Below, one piece after another: positions 1 through 9,898 of a DNA stretch of 64,000 nt; positions within the stretch are counted from its first letter, which is position 1; each line of letters opens with the position of its first letter. Under the pieces are notes generated by a model, which searched no databases, was not told the DNA's origin, and worked only from the letters and a program-made list of their open reading frames with translations. Location of the stretch: positions 1 through 64,000 of the IMG/VR virus record IMGVR_UViG_3300018089_000001; one strand, 5' to 3'. The stretch comes from a virus. Its lineage: Duplodnaviria > Caudoviricetes. The translations under genes and the position numbers were made by a program.

Positions 1-11
1 CGGTCCCCGAG

Positions 12-263
12 ATGGCACTGGAGCCGGTGGCCTCGGTGGAGGGGGAGTCGCTGGCCGACCGGCTCCAGCGGCTCAAGGAGCGCGGACGCCTGGCGCGCAT
101 CAACCGCCGGCTCGAGAACGACACGACGGGCCTGCTGACCAGGGAGCTAGCGGAGGCGGTGGAGGACGGCCGGATCTCGGAGGACGACCTGGCCCACCTT
201 CCGAGCGCGGACGTCCGGGACGTCCAGGCGGCCATCGAGAGCGGCGTGGAGGTGGAGCCGTGA
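12..263 (+). CDS. hypothetical protein (start may lie upstream of window)
   Basis: ORF with GTGA overlap into next gene. Confidence 0.5.
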   Translation: MALEPVASVEGESLADRLQRLKERGRLARINRRLENDTTGLLTRELAEAVEDGRISEDDLAHLPSADVRDVQAAIESGVEVEP

Positions 264-649
264 CTTGGAACGAACAGGGAGGGCCCGAACCGGACGGTGA
301 GAGCCACCCGCTCGAGGTCACGGAGATGTCGGCGAGCGCCCTGCTGGCGAGCGCGGCCGACGCCCTCACGCGCTTCGGATGGGTGCAGGGGATGATGGGG
401 ACGGTCCACACCGGGTTCTGCCTCCTGGGAGCCGTCGACTACGCGTACCAGTCACGTCCGTGGCACGTGGGCTGCTCCAGTGGGACCTTCATGGCGGCGC
501 GCGACGCGCTGTCGGTCCTCGTCTGGCCCCTCGGCGCGGTCCACTGGAACGACGCGCCCGGTCGGACCGAGGAGGAGGTGATCTGCCTCGTTCGTCGCGC
601 GGCGGCGGCGCTGGAGTCCTCCTCCGTTCAGGAGGAGCCCGAGGCCTGA
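260..649 (+). CDS. DUF6197-like phage protein
   Basis: GWVQG...FCLLGAV...WNDAPGRTEEEVI motif; paralogue at 3654. Confidence 0.65.
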   Translation: MTWNEQGGPEPDGESHPLEVTEMSASALLASAADALTRFGWVQGMMGTVHTGFCLLGAVDYAYQSRPWHVGCSSGTFMAARDALSVLVWPLGAVHWNDAPGRTEEEVICLVRRAAAALESSSVQEEPEA

Positions 650-716
650 GTTGACAGCGAGCCACCCCGACGGGGACGTCCCCGTCGGGGGAACGCGCGA
701 CCAACCAAGGAGGAAC

Positions 717-1253
717 ATGACGACGCTGAGAGTCTCACACGCGCCCCCCCTCGAGCAGCACCTCAGCCAGTTCGAGGTGGACGGGGCCACGGTCCAGTCC
801 GCGCTGTTCGCGGACGGACGCCTCATGTATCCGGGCCGACACGACGTGGAGCAGACCATGGCGGCGGCCGAGCCCTACACGCTCTGGCACGAGGCCCGGG
901 TGATCGAGGGTTTCTACGGGTCCGTCAACAGGGCGATCTGGCTCCTGTCCGAGACGGCGACGGAGCTGCTCTCGGGGCGGGACGCCACGCTGGAGCTCCT
1001 GTGGAAGTCGCACGCCGCGGCCAGGAAGCTCGGCCTCGCTCCTAGCCTGGACCGCCTGGCCGCGGCGCTCGTGATGATCGAGCACCTCCGCGGATGGACG
1101 CGCGTCGGCGACCCGCTGGACGACGCGGCGATCGTCCTGGTGAAGGGCATGATCGCCGCCGGGTTCCCGTCGTCCGCCGTGGCGTTCGAGGAGATCTGCG
1201 ACGGGGCCGCGCCGGCGTGCGTCGGCCTGAACATCGTGGAGTTCGCGCGATGA
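717..1253 (+). CDS. hypothetical protein
   Basis: AAGGAGG SD before ATG 717; ATGA overlap with next gene. Confidence 0.6.
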   Translation: MTTLRVSHAPPLEQHLSQFEVDGATVQSALFADGRLMYPGRHDVEQTMAAAEPYTLWHEARVIEGFYGSVNRAIWLLSETATELLSGRDATLELLWKSHAAARKLGLAPSLDRLAAALVMIEHLRGWTRVGDPLDDAAIVLVKGMIAAGFPSSAVAFEEICDGAAPACVGLNIVEFAR

Positions 1254-1648
1254 GGGGCTTCCATCCGAACTTCAACGGGGGCAAGGAGGTCGAGGTGAGG
1301 GCCGTTCGCCCGACCGACATCAGGGTCGGGATGGTCATCATCGGTTGGACCACGAGCGGGAAGCGGATCGACAGGCCGGAGTGGACCGACAGGCTGCCCG
1401 GGATATGCGACTGGGACGGCCCGTACAGGGTGACGGAGGTCCTCGAGGACATGGTGAGGGGGATGTCCCTCGCGAATGAGTACACCTCACCCATCGTCAG
1501 CCAGCACCAGGACATCTGGCTGTTCGTCGTGGACGAGACGACCTCGGTGGGGGACTTCCCCCACCCGTGTCCCCTTTGCGGAAGGGCGGCGTACGTCGGG
1601 TTCATGCGCATCGACCACGCCGTCGCCGGGGCGTGTCCGAACCGCTGA
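1250..1648 (+). CDS. hypothetical protein with C-terminal CPLCG..AYVGF Zn-ribbon
   Basis: ATGA-coupled start; motif shared with 37874..38305. Confidence 0.6.
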   Translation: MRGFHPNFNGGKEVEVRAVRPTDIRVGMVIIGWTTSGKRIDRPEWTDRLPGICDWDGPYRVTEVLEDMVRGMSLANEYTSPIVSQHQDIWLFVVDETTSVGDFPHPCPLCGRAAYVGFMRIDHAVAGACPNR

Positions 1649-1727
1649 TCGGATGACGACAGGACGGGGGTCCACCGACCCCCGTTCGATCGGGGTCCCG
1701 ATTAGGACCACAGGAGAAGGAGACACC

Positions 1728-2171
1728 ATGGACCTGGGCAAGTTCACTGCTTTCATGACCGAGGGGCTGCCTGACGCGACCGTCAGGGTCGCCCGCAACG
1801 GGGAGGACTTCGAGATGCGCGTCAGGGAGGTCCCCGACCTCGTCGGGCTCATGCGGAAGTCCACGCGGCTGGGCCTCCGCGAGGTGACGGTGAGCGTTGA
1901 TGAGGACCCGGTCCCACCGGGGGTCATACTGACCTTCGTCGACGCCGTGGACGCGGAGTTCACTGACGACACTCTGCGCCTCAGCAACCGCGAGTATCAG
2001 GTCATGGAGATGCTGGCGCGCGGCGTGAGCAAGCACCAGATCGCGACCGACCTCGCGATCAGCGTGAAGACCTTCGACACGCACAGGGGCCACTTGCTGA
2101 AGAAGCTCGGCTTGGCAAGCAACGCGGACCTGGTCCGCTACGCGATCAAGCACGGGATCGTGGGGGCCTGA
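1728..2171 (+). CDS. LuxR-family HTH regulator
   Basis: LSNREYQVMEMLARG...IATDLAISVKTFDTHRGHLLKKLG; SD AGGAG. Confidence 0.9.
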   Translation: MDLGKFTAFMTEGLPDATVRVARNGEDFEMRVREVPDLVGLMRKSTRLGLREVTVSVDEDPVPPGVILTFVDAVDAEFTDDTLRLSNREYQVMEMLARGVSKHQIATDLAISVKTFDTHRGHLLKKLGLASNADLVRYAIKHGIVGA

Positions 2172-2172
2172 C

Positions 2173-2583
2173 GTGTACAGCATCGGCAACGTGATCGTCG
2201 GGACGTACCTGCCGTGGGACGACGAGACCGTGCGGAGGCTATCGGTGCTATACGCGACGCAGGAGAGCATCGACCGGCTCGAGCTGTACTGCACCCTGGA
2301 GGATCTCCGGGCCGACGCCGACAACGGGGACTTCACGGAGTGGATGGACGGGGAGCCGTGGCGCACGGAGTACCACGGCAGCGCGCCGAGCGAGGTGGCC
2401 TGGGTCGGAGCGAAGATCGGCGAGATCGACGACACGGACCACTTCCCCCTCTCTGACCTCACGGGCCTCCAGCCGACTCCCGAGCAGCTGGCCAAGGCCA
2501 GGGAGGCCTACGAGTCGCTGCCACCGGCCGTCCGGGAGGCACTCCCCCCGTTCGGGACGTACGTCGTCTGGAGCTCCTCGTAG
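2173..2583 (+). CDS. hypothetical protein
   Basis: co-oriented ORF abutting previous stop. Confidence 0.6.
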   Translation: MYSIGNVIVGTYLPWDDETVRRLSVLYATQESIDRLELYCTLEDLRADADNGDFTEWMDGEPWRTEYHGSAPSEVAWVGAKIGEIDDTDHFPLSDLTGLQPTPEQLAKAREAYESLPPAVREALPPFGTYVVWSSS

Positions 2584-2925
2584 GATGGCCGGGCGGGTCC
2601 ACGACTGGATCCAATGGTGGGTCCTCAGTCGACCGCTGTGCACCCGTTGTGGACTGGTGTGGCTCCGCAACGGCGTCTCTGACAGGTCCGCCCGCGGACC
2701 CTGCCCAGGAAAGGAGTGACGAGACATGGGAGAGCAGACGGGACCGCAGGCCGCCGTCGGCGTGATCGGCTCCTGCCGCGCCTGTGGCAGACGGGGCCAG
2801 CGGAGGCAGAACCTACCGGACGACCCACCGGAGCGACGCCCCCAGTTCCTCGCCTGCTCCTCGTCCTGCGCGAAGAGGATCATGGAGGGGGAGTTCGGGA
2901 CCTGGAGGTCGGTCGGGTGGATCAA

Positions 2926-3222
2926 GTGAGGGCTCCCCCCGTGACTCCGGAGGAGGCCCGCGCCATCGAGGCGCTGGCCGCCGCGGTCTACGAGGACATC
3001 AGTCACGACCTCGGGCCGTGCCACGTGTCGGACTTCTACGACGCGTTCTACAACCAGGTCGTGCCACCTGGTATGGGGCACCTGGGGTCATGGATGTTGC
3101 CCGTGACCCCGGCGCTGGAGAGCGCGATCGAGCGCGTAAGGCGGCTCGACCCCGCGATCGAGCGGATCGTGATCGCGTACATGCGTCGGCATTACGCCGA
3201 CAGGAAGGGAATGCTCAGATGA
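2926..3222 (+). CDS. hypothetical protein
   Basis: GTGA/ATGA coupling on both sides. Confidence 0.5.
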   Translation: MRAPPVTPEEARAIEALAAAVYEDISHDLGPCHVSDFYDAFYNQVVPPGMGHLGSWMLPVTPALESAIERVRRLDPAIERIVIAYMRRHYADRKGMLR

Positions 3223-3596
3223 ACGGGTTCATCGCCAAAGGCGGGAAAGTCGTGGAGACGGAGGTCGACCTGGGACCTAGCCTAAGGCTCCGGACGTGGC
3301 TGGTCGCCGGATACGGCAGACACGAGCAGGTCCACCCCTCAACGTGCTTCTACATGGCCATGGGCTGCGCGTCCCCCGAGGAGGCCACCAAGCAGGTGAT
3401 CTCCTCGATCAAGACCCACGACGTGGAGGGCGACAGCCAGACCGCGGAGGACCGGGAGTATGTCGCGCGTGGAATCGCGTTCTGGGCCGTCCGTCCCCTC
3501 AGCGACACGCGGGCGCCGAACGTCTCCGCGATGGAGGACGAGGACCGCGGTCCCATGGGACTCTTCTCCCGCGCGTACGTCAGGGTCTACCTCTAG
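3219..3596 (+). CDS. hypothetical protein
   Basis: ATGA-coupled start MNGFIAK. Confidence 0.55.
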   Translation: MNGFIAKGGKVVETEVDLGPSLRLRTWLVAGYGRHEQVHPSTCFYMAMGCASPEEATKQVISSIKTHDVEGDSQTAEDREYVARGIAFWAVRPLSDTRAPNVSAMEDEDRGPMGLFSRAYVRVYL

Positions 3597-3653
3597 CGGC
3601 GGGGTCGTCTAGTTAGCTCCGGGGCCTCATCCCTCAGTTATAGGATTGGCCCA

Positions 3654-4175
3654 ATGGAGCAAAACCAGATGAACACCAAGATCGAAGACACCGCCCTCAC
3701 GCTCGCCGCCTCGGTCGTCGACCGGGCCCGTGAGCTGCTCGCTGACGGGTGGGCCCAGGGCACCCTGTACGAGGGCCGCGACGGGCTCCCGGAGTCCTTC
3801 TGCATCCACGGGGCCCTGAACCTCGCCATCGAGGAGGTGTTCGGGGAGGGCACCTCCCTCGGCCGGTCGCACATCGACGGGACCCGGATGGTCACGTCGG
3901 GCGCGGCGGACGTCGAGGCCCTGGCGGTCGCCCTCATCGTGGACGAGGCGACCAACCAGTTCGCCTACGAGGGCGGCGGCATGTTCCTGGGCGCGGCCAG
4001 GTTCAACGACGCCGCGGACCGCAAGCTGGACGAGGTGCTCTCGGTGGTCGGTAGGGCGGCCGAGCGGCTCTGGGACATGGCCCTCGGCCACGGGGAGTGG
4101 ACGCCCAGCGAGTGGGCGCAGGTCGACGAGGCGACCACGGAGCAGTTCCTGCGGGCGGGCATCGCTGGCAACTGA
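3654..4175 (+). CDS. DUF6197-like phage protein
   Basis: GWAQG...FCIHGAL...FNDAADRKLDEVL. Confidence 0.65.
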   Translation: MEQNQMNTKIEDTALTLAASVVDRARELLADGWAQGTLYEGRDGLPESFCIHGALNLAIEEVFGEGTSLGRSHIDGTRMVTSGAADVEALAVALIVDEATNQFAYEGGGMFLGAARFNDAADRKLDEVLSVVGRAAERLWDMALGHGEWTPSEWAQVDEATTEQFLRAGIAGN

Positions 4176-4209
4176 AGCTCTGACACGCGAGACGTTCCTG
4201 CCGTGATAG

Positions 4210-4247
4210 GGGGGAGGGCCGAGAGAGGCCCTCCCCCTTCTCATTTT
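4210..4247 (+). terminator. intrinsic terminator
   Basis: GGGGGAGGGCC-gagaga-GGCCCTCCCCC followed by T-rich tail. Confidence 0.7.
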
Positions 4248-4269
4248 AGGAAACAGGAAGAGGTGAGAG

Positions 4270-4680
4270 ATGACCAGGATGGATGCTCAGCGTGACAGCG
4301 GGGCCGAGCAGGCCCCCGTCGAATCCGAACCGCCCGCGGGGGCCGCGCAGGTGGCCTCCGTCGGGACGGACGAGTGGCCGACGCTTGACAAACTCGGTCG
4401 GGAATACGTGGCGCGCGTGCTCGCCCACACCAAGGGCAACATCTCATGGGCGGCCCGGATCCTCGGCATCGACCGCAGGAGCCTCTACCGGTGGAAGGCC
4501 GTCCTGGAGGGCGGCAGGCCCCGGATGCTCCTCCGACCGAGGAGCAATCGGGAGCTCCGGCGGATGCAGAAGGTCGAGCTCCTGATCGACCCGGGCATCA
4601 CCGGTGAGGTCAGGGAGCTCATCATCAAGGAGTTCAAGCGGATCTTCGTCGCGCCGCCGGCGCCTGACGACCCGGTCTGA
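4270..4680 (+). CDS. stand-alone Fis-type HTH (HTH_8) protein
   Basis: REYVARVLAHTKGNISWAARILGIDRRSLYR. Confidence 0.85.
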   Translation: MTRMDAQRDSGAEQAPVESEPPAGAAQVASVGTDEWPTLDKLGREYVARVLAHTKGNISWAARILGIDRRSLYRWKAVLEGGRPRMLLRPRSNRELRRMQKVELLIDPGITGEVRELIIKEFKRIFVAPPAPDDPV

Positions 4681-4687
4681 CGGCTCC

Positions 4688-4722
4688 CGTGTGTGTGGGG
4701 CCTCACACACACGTGATATGAT
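4688..4722 (+). promoter_or_regulatory. 10-bp inverted repeat abutting extended -10 (GTGATATGAT)
   Basis: CGTGTGTGTG-gggcct-CACACACACG then TGnTATGAT, 8 nt before the radA-like ATG. Confidence 0.6.
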
Positions 4723-4730
4723 GTGGCCAC

Positions 4731-5750
4731 ATGAGTGAGAAGCAAAAGGCCACGCGCCTCTCCAGCATCGAGGTCGGTCCCGTCGAGGAGCGGTTCTCCA
4801 CCGGTATACCGGGACTCGACCAATGCCTTGCGGAGTCCGATGACGGTCCCCAGGGCCTGCCCTACGGGACCAGCGTGCTGCTGTCGGGCATGCCCGGCGG
4901 CGGCAAGTCGACGGTCGCGACCTACGTCGCGAACGCCCAGACGAGCCGCGAGGCGCTCTACCTGCACGGCGAGGAGCCCGCCCATCGGGTGGTCCGGAGG
5001 TGGAACCGCCTCCAGCTGAAGGGCATGGACCCGTACCTCGCGCCCCTCAAGGACGGGGAGGAGGCCGCGGACATCGTCACCGACGTCGGCGGCGAGCGCG
5101 GCATCGGGGTCACCGTCGTCGACTCCGTCCAGTGCCTCCGGTGGGGCGGCTCGCGGCGCTACCAGGCGCAGTTCGAGGCCGCCGAGTACCTCATGGGCCT
5201 CATCTGCGGGGCCGGCGGGGTCGTCATCCTGGTGTCCCACGTGGACAAGACCGGGAAGTCCCACAAGGGCGCGGCGGAGCTCGCCCACGCGGTGGACATC
5301 CACCTGCACATGGTCAGCAACGCCGCCAGGAACACCCGCACCCTCGAGGTCCGGAAGAACCGCATGGGCCGGGCGGGCTTCCAGGTGCCCGTGAACATCA
5401 CGATCTCTGGCATCAGCGTCGGCACCCCGGCCCCGCTGGCCCCCGGCTCGGGCCTCGTGCAGGCGCGGACCGCCCTGGAGAAGGCCACCGAGGTGGCGTA
5501 CACCCTCCTCATGGCGGGCAAGACGCTCAACGGCTACGACTTCGACGAGGCTGGTCCGGGCGTGAACGGCGGCGTGTGGCGGGCCGGCCTCTCCGTGGCC
5601 GTGAAGCGCATCGAACGGGAGGAGGGACTCACGGTCAAGTCCGAGCGCATCAAGGGACGGATGAGCTGGACCGTCGACCTGCAGCGGAACGACGAGAAGG
5701 CGGGCGAGGAGCCCTCGCCCAACCCGGAGCGTCCCATCGAACTGTACTGA
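4731..5750 (+). CDS. radA: RadA/Sms-like RecA-fold ATPase, lacking Zn-finger and Lon-like domains
   Basis: FSTGIPGLD, GMPGGGKST, LYLHGEE, VVDSVQ, HAVD, KNRMG. Confidence 0.8.
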   Translation: MSEKQKATRLSSIEVGPVEERFSTGIPGLDQCLAESDDGPQGLPYGTSVLLSGMPGGGKSTVATYVANAQTSREALYLHGEEPAHRVVRRWNRLQLKGMDPYLAPLKDGEEAADIVTDVGGERGIGVTVVDSVQCLRWGGSRRYQAQFEAAEYLMGLICGAGGVVILVSHVDKTGKSHKGAAELAHAVDIHLHMVSNAARNTRTLEVRKNRMGRAGFQVPVNITISGISVGTPAPLAPGSGLVQARTALEKATEVAYTLLMAGKTLNGYDFDEAGPGVNGGVWRAGLSVAVKRIEREEGLTVKSERIKGRMSWTVDLQRNDEKAGEEPSPNPERPIELY

Positions 5751-5764
5751 ACAAGGAGAAGCCA

Positions 5765-5983
5765 ATGGAGCAGAAAGAGACTGTCATCAGGAAGATCACC
5801 ATCGATGAGCTGCGGGCGCTCGACGCCGCGGCCGCCTCCGAACTCGAGGAGCTCACCGACGAGGTCCTGGAGATCGAGACGGACGGCGCCGGCCGGTACT
5901 CGGCGAGGTGTAGGGACGAGGGCGACGACGAGTTCGTCACGCAGCGCGGCCCCGACACGGGCGGCGAGTGGCTGGAGTTCTAA
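5765..5983 (+). CDS. small acidic hypothetical protein
   Basis: AAGGAG SD, ATG 5765. Confidence 0.55.
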   Translation: MEQKETVIRKITIDELRALDAAAASELEELTDEVLEIETDGAGRYSARCRDEGDDEFVTQRGPDTGGEWLEF

Positions 5984-6194
5984 CCATGGCGAACGAGGTC
6001 AATCAAGGGGCCCAGGACCTGGTGATCGAGCTCAACTCGGCCTTCCAGGCATTGGCGAATGCGCGGGGAGACGAGCAACTCCCTCACTTCGCGAAGTGCG
6101 GCTACCTCGTCGCGCAGTTAGCAGCCGCCGTGGGCCTGGACCCCCTGAAGATGTTGCTGGTCAGGCCTCACCCCCACACACGAGAGCCCTCGTG

Positions 6195-6416
6195 ATGGAC
6201 GCCGTCGTGATGGCCGTGGCCGCGGTGTACGTCGTGGGTTGGGTCGCGACGCTGGCCATGGTCCAATGGACTCGTGACCACGATCCGGACGAGGAGGACG
6301 AGGACCCGTTGTGGACGGCCACGAAGTGGCCTCTCATCGCGGCCGTGTGGCTCGTCCTCCTCGGCGTGGTGGGCTGGCAGGCCCTCGACGGGGCACTCCG
6401 CCGGAGGGGCCTGTGA
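6195..6416 (+). CDS. small membrane protein
   Basis: two hydrophobic segments; TGATG coupling. Confidence 0.55.
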   Translation: MDAVVMAVAAVYVVGWVATLAMVQWTRDHDPDEEDEDPLWTATKWPLIAAVWLVLLGVVGWQALDGALRRRGL

Positions 6417-6796
6417 CCGATGGGTCTGTGATCGAGGGACGCGGGTGGCGGGCCCGCCGCACGGCCGAGTTCCGTTGCGAGCGGTGCCAGACAGTCAACG
6501 GCTGCGAGGAGCACCGGGTCTTCCGATGCGGGGCCTGCGGGCGCCCCACGTGGTGGTCCGACGGGGCGGCGGATGACTGCCCGGACGACTGCTCGGAGTG
6601 TTGGCACGCCTGGTACCTCCCCCGACAGCAGATCGCCCAGGCGCTCGCGGAGCTGCTGGAGATGATCTGATGGGACTCGTCGGGTCCGTGGCCAAGTTCG
6701 TTCTCAGTCACCTCGCGGGCCCGATGCTATCGGAGGTCGGCGAGGCAGTGGGGAAGGCGGTCGGAAACAGAATCGCAAGAAAGGTAGATCCCGACT

Positions 6797-7294
6797 ATGA
6801 GCCAAGCGAAGAAGACGACAGCGGGTCCGAAGAGGACCCCGGGCAGGGGGACCCCGAAGAGCCCCCCCCCACACCTCCACCAGAAGACGGACCCGCGGGT
6901 CTTCGTCTTCGGATCGAACCGCGTGGGGATCCACGGGGCCGGCGCGGCTGACTACGCCGCCCGCGACCTGGACGCCAAGCACGGCGTGGGGGAGGGCCTC
7001 ACGGGACGTGCATACGCGCTGCCCACCTGCCTCGCTCCGGGCATCCCGCTCACGCTGGACCAGGTCAGGGTCCACGTGCAGCGGTTCATGGCGTTCGCCG
7101 TGACCCGACCGGACCTGCGGTTCTTCGTCTCCGCGATCGGGACGGGGATCGCCGGTTTCAGGGAGGACGAGATCGCCCTCCTGTTCGACGGGGCCCCGCT
7201 CAACTGTGACCTCCCGCCGGGCTGGCGCGAGGCGCACGTCGAGCACCTCGAGGCCGAGGCGTCCCGGTCCGCCTCCCGGACGCCGTCGAGATGA
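6797..7294 (+). CDS. A1S_2505-like phage protein (macro-domain-like)
   Basis: VFVFGSNRVGIHGAGAA...YALPT...FFVSAIGTGIAG. Confidence 0.75.
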   Translation: MSQAKKTTAGPKRTPGRGTPKSPPPHLHQKTDPRVFVFGSNRVGIHGAGAADYAARDLDAKHGVGEGLTGRAYALPTCLAPGIPLTLDQVRVHVQRFMAFAVTRPDLRFFVSAIGTGIAGFREDEIALLFDGAPLNCDLPPGWREAHVEHLEAEASRSASRTPSR

Positions 7295-7652
7295 GCCTCC
7301 TTCCCATCGAGGCCATGCATCCGGGGCCCGTTCCGGTCAAAAAAAAGGGGAAGCGGGCGGCGTACCCCGACGTGACCCGCGACGGACGTCCGAAGAAGCG
7401 GGGGACCCCCGCGGACGACGGCCTGACGGCCCTCTACGCGTGGTTCACGGGGAACGGCCGGAGCCTGGCCGGGGCCCCCGAGACCCTCCTGCAAGGAGCG
7501 CGGAGGCGCGTCGACGCGCGGATGCATGAGCTCCGTGAGCTGCGGAAGCTCCTCTACGCGAAGGGCGGCCGGGTCGGTCGGGTGCGGGCGCAGCTGGTCT
7601 GGCTCAGACGCTGGCACCGGATGCTCCCTCCCGCCCGGAAGGAGGCGGGGTC

Positions 7653-8420
7653 ATGATGCTCTACGAGGTGGGCGGCTCCGTCAGGGACGCCCTGATGGGC
7701 CGCCCGTCCAATGACACCGACATGGTCGCCGTGGTCGAGTCCTGGGACTGGGAGGCCCACTCGATGAACCCGGAGTCGGACCATCCGCTCGACCTGCTGG
7801 TCGCGGACCTCAAGACACGCGGGTTCAGCGTCATCCCGGCCCGCGTGGACCGGCGGTTCATGACGATCAAGGCGATCGCCCCGTCCGCCGGCTTCACGTT
7901 CGCCGGTCGACCCGTCAGGGGGGCGGTCGACTTCGTCCTGGCCCGTAGGGACGGCTCCAGCAGGGACGGCCGCCATCCCGATCGGGTGGGCCCGGGGTCA
8001 CTGTCGGACGACCTCAGGCGCCGCGACTTCACCGTGAACGCCGTGGCCCGCGGTCCCACGGGGGAGCTGATTGACGAACACGGCGGGGTCCAGGACATCG
8101 GGAATCAGGTCCTCCGGTGCGTCGGCGATCCCCTGGCACGGCTGGAGGAGGACCGGCTCCGGGTCCTCCGGGCGCTCCGCTTCCACGTGACCCACGACAT
8201 GTGTTTCGCGCCGACCCTGATGCACGCCATCAGGAGGCTGGTGTGGACGCACGGGAGCGGCCTCCTCACGGGAGTCTCGGAGGAGCGCGTCCGCGAGGAG
8301 CTCCTCAGGATGTTCAGGGAGGACAGCGCGGCGGCCGTCAACGTGATCCGCAACTTCGATCTGCAGGAGGTCCTCTTCAGGGGCCGCCTGTGGCTCAAGC
8401 CGACGCTGGAGGACAGGTGA
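7653..8420 (+). CDS. tRNA nucleotidyltransferase (CCA-adding)/poly(A) polymerase family
   Basis: VGGSVRD, DTD, DLRRRDFTVNA, EDRLRVLRALRF, VSEERVREEL. Confidence 0.9.
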   Translation: MMLYEVGGSVRDALMGRPSNDTDMVAVVESWDWEAHSMNPESDHPLDLLVADLKTRGFSVIPARVDRRFMTIKAIAPSAGFTFAGRPVRGAVDFVLARRDGSSRDGRHPDRVGPGSLSDDLRRRDFTVNAVARGPTGELIDEHGGVQDIGNQVLRCVGDPLARLEEDRLRVLRALRFHVTHDMCFAPTLMHAIRRLVWTHGSGLLTGVSEERVREELLRMFREDSAAAVNVIRNFDLQEVLFRGRLWLKPTLEDR

Positions 8421-8582
8421 CAGCCCGCGTCAGAATGCACTCACTACCAGGGAGAAGCGTCATGCGAGACAGGTTCGACAACGAGCAACTGATGATCATC
8501 GTCATCGTCACGGTGATCTGCCTCACGATCGCCGCCTGCGTCCTCGGCGGCATCTACATCTCGAGGGTCCTCTGAGGCCGCG

Positions 8583-8894
8583 ATGGGCTGGGCGGACAGG
8601 CCGATCGAGCAGCTGAGGATGGGCCTGGAGGCCCGCTTCCGACCGAGGGGCAACAGCATGGAGCCCCGGATCAGGAGCGGGCAGCTCTGCGTGGTCCAAC
8701 CGATCACGAGCCCCTACGCCCTCAACCCCGGTGACATCGTCCTGTGCGTCGTCCGCGGCAGCCAGTACCTCCACCAGGTGCTGGCGATTGACCCCGGCCG
8801 GCGGCGGGCGCTCATCGGCAACATGAGGGGCCGCCAGAACGGCTGGACGCCCTTCGAGAAGGTCTACGGACGTCTGACGGAGGTCCACCCGTAG
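8583..8894 (+). CDS. S24/S26 peptidase-like protein
   Basis: RGNSMEPRIRSG...PGDIVL...YLHQV. Confidence 0.7.
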   Translation: MGWADRPIEQLRMGLEARFRPRGNSMEPRIRSGQLCVVQPITSPYALNPGDIVLCVVRGSQYLHQVLAIDPGRRRALIGNMRGRQNGWTPFEKVYGRLTEVHP

Positions 8895-9174
8895 GAGGTG
8901 GACCTCCCCTCTCAAACAGGAGAAACAACCCAGATGGCAGAGGAAACGCGGGCGCTACGCCTGACCCTTGATCAGGCCGTGACGCTCCTGCATCACATCA
9001 TGAACGTGCGCAGCAACCCGCAGTCGCTCGAGAAGGGCTGCTGCCTCGACGCGGCCACGCACCCGATCAGGGACCTGGAATGCCTGGTCGCGATCGACGA
9101 ACAGCTCGGCCCCCTCCTCGATTTCGAGGGCGGGGAGCCCCGTTGGGCCGACCCACCCGGCAAGGAGGAAACGA

Positions 9175-9732
9175 ATGACGAGTGAGTCACACTTTCACTG
9201 GCGACGCGAGTTGCCCTCGCCCGAGGCAGTCAAGGCCTGCCAGTGGTGGTGGTACCGGTCCCCAACCACGAAGGCCCGGCCGATGCAGCTGTCCTGGCAG
9301 CTCGACCGGGTGCTCGTGTCGGGACTGAACTTCGGTGACCACGAGCCCAACAGGCTGGCCCAGGAATGGGCCGACCCGATGGCCGAGTGGGCCCCATGCC
9401 TGACCCCCGAGGAGGTCTCGACGACGACGGTGACCGCGCTGGAGGCGCACCACATCGGCATCAGGGTCTCCGAGCGGAGCGTGTACAACGCCCTTCGGAA
9501 CCTCCTGGTAAACACCTACAAGATCGACGGGTCCTCGATCGTCACGGAGCTCCTGAAGCACTTCGATCCGAAGAGGCTCGTCACGGACTGGATGAACGGG
9601 GCGCACATGCGTGAGTTCGTGTCACGGACGGCCCGGGAGGCCGTCCGGGAGATGGCGGAGAAGGTCCTCCGCGACGAGGTCCGGTCCGTCGTCAACGGCC
9701 GGGTGAAGATCACGATCGGAGACGCCCCGTGA
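9175..9732 (+). CDS. hypothetical protein
   Basis: SD AGGAGG before ATG. Confidence 0.6.
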   Translation: MTSESHFHWRRELPSPEAVKACQWWWYRSPTTKARPMQLSWQLDRVLVSGLNFGDHEPNRLAQEWADPMAEWAPCLTPEEVSTTTVTALEAHHIGIRVSERSVYNALRNLLVNTYKIDGSSIVTELLKHFDPKRLVTDWMNGAHMREFVSRTAREAVREMAEKVLRDEVRSVVNGRVKITIGDAP

Positions 9733-9898
9733 CCGCCCTGCTCATCATCGCGATCTCCTTCGCCGGGGGGGGGCTCCTGGGGAGCCTCGCCATGCTGGTC
9801 GCCGCAGACGAGCGGCCGGTGCGGCAGCTGGCCGCCCTCAGCTCAATCAGCCACGGCCTGGCGATCGTCGTCATGGCCCTGGCGCTCGGGTTGGGCGT

